Assembly (NCBI GenBank): GCA_964344215.1 | Contig: CAYFMP010000010.1 | Location: 7,446 to 71,445, forward strand | Length of the DNA stretch: 64,000 nucleotides | Source: an uncultured Thalassospiraceae bacterium | GTDB taxonomy: Bacteria > Pseudomonadota > Alphaproteobacteria > Rhodospirillales > Casp-alpha2 | Direction: 5' to 3' | Shown here: positions 26,070 to 34,138 of the stretch, in pieces | Position numbering within the stretch: the stretch's first letter is position 1 | How the letters are laid out: every line of letters begins with the position of its first letter | Translations under genes and position numbers: made by a program | The notes under the pieces: model-generated | What the model was told of the DNA's origin: nothing | The model's input: the letters and a program-made list of their open reading frames with translations, nothing else | The model's database searches: none

Positions 26070-28018
26070 TTCTCTCCCATGACGATACGAGTACCGGATT
26101 CGCCGCTTTCCAGCCTTTTCAGGTGAAAGGCGGCCAACCCATCCTCTGGATTCAATTCTAAAACATTCCGAAAAGCCGTAACAGCCTCGGGGTTATCCTC
26201 CTCCATATACCGGAAAGCCTCGGCATAGGCTGTGACGGCGCGCATAGTCTTGCTGTCATCGGAAACCGGTTCGAATACCTCGATCGCTTCCTCCTTGCCC
26301 TTCAGCACGAGGGCGCCGACTTGCCGGAATTCGAGGTCGGGACATTGGCGGGCGGTGGTTTCGCTGATGCAGACCCGGGTGCCGAGGTGCTTGTTGACGC
26401 TTTCCAGGCGGGCCGCCGTGTTGACGGTGTCGCCGAGGCCGGTGTAGTCGAAGAACTGCTCGCTGCCGAAGTTGCCGACGGTGGCGATCCCGGTATGGAC
26501 GCCGATACGGGTGATGCCGACTTCGACGCCGCGCGCCGCCTGGTCCTCGACGAAACGCTGGCCGAAGGCGTCCATCTCGAGGGCGCAGGCGACGGCGCGG
26601 GCCCGGTGGTCGGGCTGCTCGACCGGCGCATTGAAAAAGGCGACAACGGCATCGCCGATCAGCTTGTCCAGAGTCGCATCGTGCTTGAGCGCGATGTCCA
26701 GCATTCCGCCCATGTACTCCCACAGCAATTTGACCAGCGCTTCCGGCTCGGTGCGCTCGGTCAACGACGTGAAGCTAGCCATGTCGGTGAACAGGAAGGT
26801 CAGTTCGCGGCGGTCGCCGCCGACCTTGAGCTGGTCGGGGTCGGCGATCAATTGGTCGACGACGGAGCGCGACACGAAGTGCGAAAAGGCCTCGCGGATG
26901 TAGCGTTTCTGCTCGCGGTCGCGGCGCCCGAGATAAGCGACGCCGCCGCCGCTGCCGATCAGAAAGGCGATCGAGGGAGGCAGCAGCGGTAGCATCAGGC
27001 CGGTTTGGCCATAGGCGGCGAAGCCGCCGATCCAGACGGCGGCGACGATGACGGCGACCAGTAGGCCCTTGACGGCGGTGACGGCGTCGAGCGCCGCCAC
27101 CGCCAACCCGAGAACGGCGACCGCCAGGACCAGCGCCGCCGTGCCGCCGGTGCCGAGCGCCGGCTTGTTGCGGCCGTCGAGCAGTTGGGCCAGGGCGTGG
27201 GCATGGACGACGACGCCGGGCAGCGAGCCGGCACGGGCGCCGCGGGCGGCGGCGAACGGGGTGCGGTGGCGGTCGATCATCGGCAGGTCTGCACCGATCA
27301 GGAAGACCTTGCCGGCCAGCCACGGCTTCGGCAGGAACGCCGCGGTATGGGCCGGGAACCTCTTGAAGGCGGGAGTTTTGGAGTCGGGCGGCGGCCGGTA
27401 GGCGAGGTCGAGGTCGTCTTTCGGCGTCGAGCGACCGAGAAGGTCGGCGATGACGCTCATGAAGCCGGGCCGCCACTTGCCGTCGATGGTCTCGCCGGCA
27501 TAGATCCAGCGCACGGTGCCGTCGGCGCCGTCCTTGGCCAGGTTGGCCGGGCCGCTGCGGATGCCGGAGGTGAAGGCGCCGAGATAGGCTGCTTGCTTCT
27601 TGGTCAGTCCGAACCCCTTGCCGGCCGAAGCGACCACGACCGGCGTCGACAACTCAAGCAGGGTTTTGCGGAGCAGGTTGTCCTTGGCCGGCTCGGTCGG
27701 CTGGTCGAACAGGATGTCGATACCGATGGCGGCCGGCCTGGCTTCGTCGAGTTTCCTCAAGAGCGCCGCCAGGAAACCGCGGTCGACCGGCGAGCGGTAG
27801 GGAAGCGCCGCCAGGGTGTCCTCGGTGATGGTGAGGACGACGACGTCCGCGTTCTGCGGTTCGGGCGAGGCCAGGGCGCCGAACCGGAAATCGGCCAGCC
27901 AGTTCTCCGTCACCTGGACGATCGGCAGCAGGCGTGGCAGGCCGAGGCCGACGCTGGCCGAAAGAACGGCGATCAGCAGAACCGGAACGATGTCTCGAGG
28001 GGAAATCGAATGGAACAT
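26066..28018 (-). CDS. CHASE2-sensor class III adenylate/guanylate cyclase with a C-terminal TPR-like tail
   Basis: 650 aa. N-terminal TM + CHASE2 (VVVLTITEDTLAALPYRSPVDRGFLA), three TMs, cyclase core (LTFLFTDMASFTSL...KLIGDAV...FGSEQFFDYTGLGDTVNTAARLES). Confidence 0.9.
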   Translation of the reverse strand: MFHSISPRDIVPVLLIAVLSASVGLGLPRLLPIVQVTENWLADFRFGALASPEPQNADVVVLTITEDTLAALPYRSPVDRGFLAALLRKLDEARPAAIGIDILFDQPTEPAKDNLLRKTLLELSTPVVVASAGKGFGLTKKQAAYLGAFTSGIRSGPANLAKDGADGTVRWIYAGETIDGKWRPGFMSVIADLLGRSTPKDDLDLAYRPPPDSKTPAFKRFPAHTAAFLPKPWLAGKVFLIGADLPMIDRHRTPFAAARGARAGSLPGVVVHAHALAQLLDGRNKPALGTGGTAALVLAVAVLGLAVAALDAVTAVKGLLVAVIVAAVWIGGFAAYGQTGLMLPLLPPSIAFLIGSGGGVAYLGRRDREQKRYIREAFSHFVSRSVVDQLIADPDQLKVGGDRRELTFLFTDMASFTSLTERTEPEALVKLLWEYMGGMLDIALKHDATLDKLIGDAVVAFFNAPVEQPDHRARAVACALEMDAFGQRFVEDQAARGVEVGITRIGVHTGIATVGNFGSEQFFDYTGLGDTVNTAARLESVNKHLGTRVCISETTARQCPDLEFRQVGALVLKGKEEAIEVFEPVSDDSKTMRAVTAYAEAFRYMEEDNPEAVTAFRNVLELNPEDGLAAFHLKRLESGESGTRIVMGEK

Positions 28019-28258
28019 GGTACGGGCCCGCCGCCCCTACCATAGAGCGCGTTTCGTCGAATTTGAAACGCCAATCGGAGTCGGATCGAGTTTGTCGGCG
28101 ACCGCCGGCGAATTCGGGCGTCGCCGAGGAAGACGACAGCAGGTCGGCGATAAGCGGCGGTCGGGGGTGGACGTTCACCGCGCGCGCGATCGGGCGCGGA
28201 AAGAAAGGGTGGCACGGGTCCCATCGACCCGGCGCCGCCCTCTTGACCTGGCGAAGCC

Positions 28259-28531
28259 CTAATTGATGTTCTGCAGAAGCTGCGGCCTCTTCGCGGCCGC
28301 CTTATCGGCCAACTTTTGGCACTTCTTTTTCTTGCCCTTGGCGGCGGCGGCGGCCGCTTTTTCGAGAAGATTCTTGGCCGCTTGAACGTTCGAGTTCTTG
28401 GCGTTGCCGGCGGACAGCGCGTCCTGCATGGCGGCGACCCTGGAGGCGCAGTCGGCACGGGCCGGGGTGGCGGTGGCGAACGCGGTAAGGAAAAGCGCCG
28501 CCGCGGCGGCGGACAGGATGGTGGGTTTCAT
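28259..28531 (-). CDS. Small secreted Ala/Lys-rich protein (90 aa)
   Basis: Signal peptide MKPTILSAAAAALFLTAFATATPARA. Two Cys. No family recognised. Confidence 0.5.
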   Translation of the reverse strand: MKPTILSAAAAALFLTAFATATPARADCASRVAAMQDALSAGNAKNSNVQAAKNLLEKAAAAAAKGKKKKCQKLADKAAAKRPQLLQNIN

Positions 28532-29022
28532 CTCTTGGTTTCCCCCTCAGGTGGTAGCTCGACAGTCGGGCGATAGTTTACGGCTTTTTCGCCGCCTGTA
28601 AACGGGGTGCCGGAAACGCCGACTTTCCCCGCCACGCCAACGTGGCGCCGAACAAAACCGGCGCCGCCGGGCCTCTGCGGTATCAGGTTCAGGGTTGACC
28701 CGGTGAAACGGAGAACGGCCGTCATCAAGTGGGTTGGACGCGCCGTGGTGTCTTAAAACGAGGATATCCACGGTACCCTTGGCCACCTAATCCGGTTCGG
28801 GGCTGGTTTCCCGCGCTGGGTCGGTTTCCCCTGTTTGGGGAGAGGTCCGTGTCGTCTCCTCGTAGGCTTTTCGGTCGAATGCGGACATGGATCGCAGCGC
28901 GCCCGGAAGTTTGCTGGCAGCCTCAAGCAGGCTTCGGCAAGCCATGCGCGGAAAAATCCGTTCGGAAAAATCGAGGTTTGGGCGAACTCCTGGCGACCCT
29001 CAAATGAGAGCTTTTTCAGACG

Positions 29023-29496
29023 TTAGGAAAACCCGGGCCGGAACACCATCAGCGCCAATATCGCCGTCATGGCGATGAGCGCCGGCCAGCCCAGGACGAA
29101 CCATAGCCGCATACAGCGGTGATAGTCGGCTGGTAGCGGCTCGTTCTCGGCGCCGCGGGTGGCCAGGTCGCGCATGCGGATTTGCAGTCGGACGACCGGC
29201 AACCAGCAGCCGGCGGCCAGGACGTAAAGGCCGAGGCTGGCGACGATCCAGGTTTCCGACCAGGTATAGCCGGCGAGGTGAACGAGCCAGGCCCCGGTCA
29301 ACGGCTGCAGGAATACCGTCGGCGTGGTGAATATCCAGTCGGCCAGGACGACGGTGCGGCTGACCGAAGCGATGGCCCGGACTTCGCCTCGCAGATGGGT
29401 CGCGTACATGAAGAACGCGGTGCCCACTCCGGTGCCGACCAGTACCGTCGCCGACAGGATGTGGAGCAGCTTCACGGCGCTGAAAAGATCCATCAT
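29023..29496 (-). CDS. DUF2269-like integral membrane protein
   Basis: 157 aa, four TM segments. The start overlaps the upstream stop (ATGA). LKLLHILSATVLVGTGVGTAFFM pattern. Confidence 0.65.
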   Translation of the reverse strand: MMDLFSAVKLLHILSATVLVGTGVGTAFFMYATHLRGEVRAIASVSRTVVLADWIFTTPTVFLQPLTGAWLVHLAGYTWSETWIVASLGLYVLAAGCWLPVVRLQIRMRDLATRGAENEPLPADYHRCMRLWFVLGWPALIAMTAILALMVFRPGFS

Positions 29497-30812
29497 CGCC
29501 GCTCCGCCAGCACCATCATGACGAGGATCGCCGGGATCAGCGCAAGGTTCTTGACCAGCCCGCCCAGGGGTGCCAGCCACAACTCCGGCGCCTCCAGCCC
29601 GACGACGAACGTATATCCAAGAACCATCACCAGCATGGCCAGACCGGCCGGGCGGACGAAACGGGCGAACAACGCTGCGGCCCCGACCAGGATGTCGAGG
29701 ATCGAGGTCGACCAGATCGCCAAGCGATGGGTTTCCGAATCCATACCGAGGGTCGGTACCTCGCTCAGGAACGCCGACGAAATCATTGCGAAGCCGGCGA
29801 TCCCGGAGACGATCCACACGGCCGCAAGGCACAACCGCAGAACCGGGCCGAGGAAATAGAGGCGTGCATGCCAGCGGTCCTGGACGTGGCTGGGATGACG
29901 AGCAAGCGCCTCGCTAACGCTGATCGGCCTATGGCCGCTCAATGCTTCCAGGGTCTCGAAGGCGTCGTCGGCGCCGACATTGCCCCGCATCAACATCTTG
30001 TACATTGCCCGGCCCAGAGGTCCGGAGCCGAAGATCTGGCCCAGCGCGGCGCCGAATCGGACGGCAGCGCCCGGTAGCTTGGCGATGCGGACGGGCCGCA
30101 ACTTCAGCCATTGCCGCAGGTTGACCAGAAACGTGGCGAGATCCATGTGCTCTGGCCCGACGGCCTCGACGACCCTCCTGATCGGCTTGGTCCGGTCGAT
30201 GATGCCGACGACAGCAGCCGCCAGGTCCTCCGCCGTGATCGGCGCCATCTGTAGGGAGTTCCGTGAACCCGTACCCGGGACGAACAGCACCCATGGCAGC
30301 GCCGCCATGGCACGCAGCAGCGAGGTGCCGCCGTAGCTGCCCGCCGGTGACCAGACCAGCGACGGGCGGACAACGGTCCAGTCGAGGGAGGTCGCCATCA
30401 ATGCCTTGTCGCCTTCGTGCTTGGAGGCGACGAAGGCCGTGTCGGCGGCGTCACCAATGGCCGATATCTGGACGACCTTGTCGACGCCAACCTGTTCACA
30501 GGCCGCGAACAGGGCCACCGGTGCGACGCGGTGAACCCGATCGAAGGTCGCTTGGCCGGTCTCGCGCAGGATGCCCGCGCAATTGACCACGGCCTCGACG
30601 CCGTCGAGCCGCGGCAGCCAGTCGCCGGGTTCAAGGTCGCGGGCGAAGTCGCAGGCGATGCGGCCCGGCGGCGATACGCCGGTCCCGGCGCGGACCCCGC
30701 GTAGGACCGTGTGACCGCCGGATTCCAACGCCGCCGCCACGTGACTGCCGATGAACCCGTTGGCCCCCGTAACCAGAATACGCACCCGTCTTTCTCCTCC
30801 CCGCGCGCCCAT
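29493..30812 (-). CDS. NAD(P)-binding SDR/NmrA-like domain fused to a DoxX-like membrane domain
   Basis: Rossmann motif ILVTGANGFIGSHV. The C-terminal ~130 aa are four hydrophobic helices. An alternative GTG start lies at 30851. Confidence 0.78.
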   Translation of the reverse strand: MGARGGERRVRILVTGANGFIGSHVAAALESGGHTVLRGVRAGTGVSPPGRIACDFARDLEPGDWLPRLDGVEAVVNCAGILRETGQATFDRVHRVAPVALFAACEQVGVDKVVQISAIGDAADTAFVASKHEGDKALMATSLDWTVVRPSLVWSPAGSYGGTSLLRAMAALPWVLFVPGTGSRNSLQMAPITAEDLAAAVVGIIDRTKPIRRVVEAVGPEHMDLATFLVNLRQWLKLRPVRIAKLPGAAVRFGAALGQIFGSGPLGRAMYKMLMRGNVGADDAFETLEALSGHRPISVSEALARHPSHVQDRWHARLYFLGPVLRLCLAAVWIVSGIAGFAMISSAFLSEVPTLGMDSETHRLAIWSTSILDILVGAAALFARFVRPAGLAMLVMVLGYTFVVGLEAPELWLAPLGGLVKNLALIPAILVMMVLAERR

Positions 30813-30878
30813 ACTATCCCACTTGTTGAAATCCCGTCTCCATGGTTTCACAATCCATGGCTGAACGGGGAGATATCA

Positions 30879-31292
30879 ATGGAAGCGGTTTTCAAGAGCT
30901 TGCTGGCCGGGTTTCCGATCCTGATGCTGCATTCGGCGCTGACGTTTGCCATCCTGATTTGCGGCGTCCTGGTCCATGTCAGGATCACGCCCTACAGCGA
31001 CGTCAAGCTCGTCAAGGAAGGAAATACGGCTGTCGCGGTGACACTAGGCGGTGCGATCCTGGGTCTGGCGATCCCTTTGGCGTTCTGTTTGGCGAGCAGC
31101 GTCAGCGGACTCGATATCCTGGTTTGGGGTGTCGTCGTCGTGGTTCTGCAGTTGATCGCTTACAAAATCGCCGACTTCATTCTCAGCGACCTGCCACAGC
31201 GTATCGAAAATGGAGAAATCGGCGCCGCCGTCTTTCTGGTCTCGATCAAGCTCGCGGTGGCCGCGATCAATGCCGCCGCCGTCGTCGGTTAG
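30879..31292 (+). CDS. DUF350 (YjfL-like) membrane protein
   Basis: 137 aa from the ATG at 30879 (GGGGAG upstream). ITPYSDVKLVKEGNTAVAVTLGGAILGLAIPL parallels E. coli YjfL ITPHNEWQLIKNNNTAASLAFSG. Confidence 0.78.
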   Translation: MEAVFKSLLAGFPILMLHSALTFAILICGVLVHVRITPYSDVKLVKEGNTAVAVTLGGAILGLAIPLAFCLASSVSGLDILVWGVVVVVLQLIAYKIADFILSDLPQRIENGEIGAAVFLVSIKLAVAAINAAAVVG

Positions 31293-31328
31293 GGCCGGGC
31301 GGCCGACGCGGATTGAGGAAACCCCGAC

Positions 31329-32219
31329 ATGCGCATCACGACCTTCCTGTTTCTCCTGTGGGCCGGCATCGGGGTCGGCGGACTCATCCTGGAAGAGGTC
31401 GAGGCGTGGTGGCAGGATAGCTTTTCGCGCCGGCCGGATCCTCGGATCTTCGAAGGACCGCTTTGGGAGTTCGCCACCGAGGATTGGCAGCACTGGGATG
31501 TTGCCCCGAGCGAGAACGAAGTTCCGAGGCAGGCACCCGTGTTGAAAGAGATGGTTATCGAGGAACTCGAGGAAGGTGGCCCCGTCGTCGGGACGGCGTT
31601 CTCCGTGACAAGATCGGGATACTGGCTGACCGCCCGTCATGTCGTCGACAACTGCGGGAAGGTGCTGATCCAGGTCGCCTCGGATACGGGTATCAGAGTA
31701 CGAAAAATTGTCTCTCACCCGAAAGCCGATGTCAGTCTGCTGGAGACCGACCGGGGGTTCCCGCCGCTGGCCGTCGCGAAGGAGGCTGGGGACCCCGAGA
31801 ACGGATTTCACTTCGGTTTTCCACGCGCCATTCCGGGCGCGCTTCACACCACGTATCTGGGTCAAGGCCGTATCATGTTTCCAAGCCGGGTCGACTCCTC
31901 GGAGCCTGTTTTCGTCTGGACCGAGGAATCGCGCGTGCCGAATGTTTTCGAATCGCTGGGTGGGATAAGCGGTGGCCCGGTCGTCGACGATGCGGGTCGG
32001 GTCATCGGCGTGATATTGGCGGAATCGGCACGCCGCGGACGGACCTACTCGGCGACGCCCGCGACGGTCGGCCAGACACTCGATCTGGCCGGAGCCGACA
32101 TCACGGCGCCGGATACCGCCTTTTCTTACCGGCAAAGACTTACGGCAGACGATTACGCCAAGTTCGGCCGTGCCGTCATAAGAGGCTTGACGGTGGCCCG
32201 GGTGATCTGCCGGCAATAG
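31329..32219 (+). CDS. Membrane-anchored trypsin-like (S1-fold) serine peptidase
   Basis: 296 aa with an N-terminal TM. His context GTAFSVTRSGYWLTARHVV, Asp context ADVSLL, Ser context GGISGGPVVD. Confidence 0.7.
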   Translation: MRITTFLFLLWAGIGVGGLILEEVEAWWQDSFSRRPDPRIFEGPLWEFATEDWQHWDVAPSENEVPRQAPVLKEMVIEELEEGGPVVGTAFSVTRSGYWLTARHVVDNCGKVLIQVASDTGIRVRKIVSHPKADVSLLETDRGFPPLAVAKEAGDPENGFHFGFPRAIPGALHTTYLGQGRIMFPSRVDSSEPVFVWTEESRVPNVFESLGGISGGPVVDDAGRVIGVILAESARRGRTYSATPATVGQTLDLAGADITAPDTAFSYRQRLTADDYAKFGRAVIRGLTVARVICRQ

Positions 32220-32243
32220 AGCCCGGTCGCGTTCGAGCCGTAT

Positions 32244-32729
32244 CTACCTGGCGAGCGAGAAAATCTCGGTCAACAGCCGACCGATAGTTTCCGCCATGCC
32301 GTCGAGGTCCCGATAGACGGCTTTCAGGGCCCGAACGTGGGCGAACACCAGAACCGCGACGGCGATCGCTACGACGGCGCGACCGATCCTGCCTCTTCCC
32401 CAACCTATACCCAACACCGCGCAGATCGCCGGCCACCAGATCATGTAGACGATCACCAACCCCGGAGTCGAAAGGCGGCGGACCGGCGGAACAAGAAGCG
32501 GTGGAATCGCCATCAGATATTCCAACGGTTTCAGGGCGGAAATCCCCTGCGCCGCGCCGCTCAACCCGATGGCCAGCAATAGGACGGCAATCGCCATGCC
32601 GATCACGGCGCCGACCGACCATGGCTTCCTCAGGTGTTCCAATTTCGGACCATACTTCCAGTTCGGATCACGGACGACGATACACGAGTGCGACCGCCAC
32701 GTCTCGAACGGGAGGCAAGGGAACGGCAA
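32244..32729 (-). CDS. Hypothetical membrane protein
   Basis: 161-aa ORF with a TTG start. Three to four hydrophobic segments. Start uncertain. Confidence 0.4.
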   Translation of the reverse strand: MPFPCLPFETWRSHSCIVVRDPNWKYGPKLEHLRKPWSVGAVIGMAIAVLLLAIGLSGAAQGISALKPLEYLMAIPPLLVPPVRRLSTPGLVIVYMIWWPAICAVLGIGWGRGRIGRAVVAIAVAVLVFAHVRALKAVYRDLDGMAETIGRLLTEIFSLAR

Positions 32730-32830
32730 CGCCGCCCTCGCGCGCGACCCGACGACGGGGGATCGGCGACGCCCTCGTAGTCGGCTTCAATTGTGACAAC
32801 CCTTGGCGACACAGATCCAGAAGCCGCCGG

Positions 32831-34135
32831 TTAGTTGCTCGGCTCGACGTTCGAAGCGGGCTCGTCTTCGTCGGCTGCCGGCCCGGAAAGGGGCGGGGTT
32901 CCCTCCACCGGTTTGATTTTGAGCGGTGGAATGCGGATATCCGGAAACACTTTGACGACGTGGTTTCGGTGCGCCCACCTGACGATGCCGGCGAGGTCGC
33001 CGTAGGCGGCGATGGCCTCGTCCTCGGCGCCGAACCGCACGAATGCCCGCAGGCTCGGGCCATACTCGTCGATCTGCCACGGCCAGCCGTAGGTGAGCTC
33101 CATGTGTCGATGGGGCGGATAGAGCGGCGAGGCGACCACCCGCAGGTACTTCTCGCCGATCCGGTCCAACTCCTCGATCCCCGTCGGGTGCTCCAGGTGG
33201 TGAGGGAAGACCACGTTGCCGGCGGTGTCCCGGTGGTGGCCTCCGAACCGCTTGAGCACCTTGCGAGCCGTCTCCGGGGTCAGGGCGAGCAGAACCTCGC
33301 CGGGAATCGGTCCCGGCTTCAACGGCCGGCTCCTTGCCGCCACCTCGGCCTCCGAGGGGCGCCAGGATAACCAGGCGGTGACGAACTCCAGGAGGTTGCG
33401 AACGTATCTGGTGTGACCGAGTCGCAGGTCCACCCTGACCAGGTAGTACTTGATCAGAGGCGAGTTCGGCGCATTGAGGCGGGCCTGATGCAAGCGTGCC
33501 GCCGACTCGTTCAATCGCCCCAGACGCTCGAGGGCGACGGCGTGAGCGAGTTCGCAGTCCCACCAACAGTACCCATGGCCGCCGTTGCTTTCGACAAGCA
33601 GTCGTTCGGCCTCGACGTTTTCGCCGAGAGCCAGGAGCGCCCAGGCCCGATACTTGGGAAGCTCCTTGAACGCCGACTTCTCGATCGTCCCCGCCATTTT
33701 CTCCAGAAGCGAAGCGGCCTCCCGGAAGTCGCCACGATCCATCATCTCGACCGCGCGATAGAGGGTCTTGCGCCACGGCTCCCGACCCCGGTAGCGCGGA
33801 TTGAAGCGGCTGAAACCGCCGGCCAGCGTCAGGGGATCGATGGGCTCGACACCGGCCGCGACGGCGGCGGAAAGAAGCTCCTGCGCTTCATCGACGTTTC
33901 CCTCCCGCAGGGCTTCGACGACCGGCAATTCGGAGGTCGGCTCGGCCGCCAGCGAACCGTCCACCGGCAAGGCGACCAGCAGCGACCAGAGGATTATCGA
34001 CGCCAGCGCCGCCGCGACCCATGAACGGACGGACGCGGACTTGGAATCGGTCTTCCGGCCCACTCCATCGGTCACGGAAGGGATGTGGGCGGTCCTGTTG
34101 GGCAGATATTGAGGAGTAGAACGGCGTTTTCTCAT
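32831..34135 (-). CDS. Anchored/secreted helical-repeat (TPR-like) protein with an unrecognised His-rich C-terminal half
   Basis: 434 aa. The ATG lies 3 nt after the stop of the giant gene (TAAaccATG). N-terminal TM WVAAALASIILWSLLVALPV. TPR-like helices. C-terminus GGHHRDTAGNVVFPHHLEH... Confidence 0.65.
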   Translation of the reverse strand: MRKRRSTPQYLPNRTAHIPSVTDGVGRKTDSKSASVRSWVAAALASIILWSLLVALPVDGSLAAEPTSELPVVEALREGNVDEAQELLSAAVAAGVEPIDPLTLAGGFSRFNPRYRGREPWRKTLYRAVEMMDRGDFREAASLLEKMAGTIEKSAFKELPKYRAWALLALGENVEAERLLVESNGGHGYCWWDCELAHAVALERLGRLNESAARLHQARLNAPNSPLIKYYLVRVDLRLGHTRYVRNLLEFVTAWLSWRPSEAEVAARSRPLKPGPIPGEVLLALTPETARKVLKRFGGHHRDTAGNVVFPHHLEHPTGIEELDRIGEKYLRVVASPLYPPHRHMELTYGWPWQIDEYGPSLRAFVRFGAEDEAIAAYGDLAGIVRWAHRNHVVKVFPDIRIPPLKIKPVEGTPPLSGPAADEDEPASNVEPSN

Positions 34136-34138
34136 GGT

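Noticed and set aside
28680-28730. Cobalamin-riboswitch-like words (cAGGGttgaCCCGGTGAAAcGG).
   Set aside because: No B12 box (GCCACTG core) in the right place, and no downstream plus-strand gene. The resemblance is limited to a few nucleotides.
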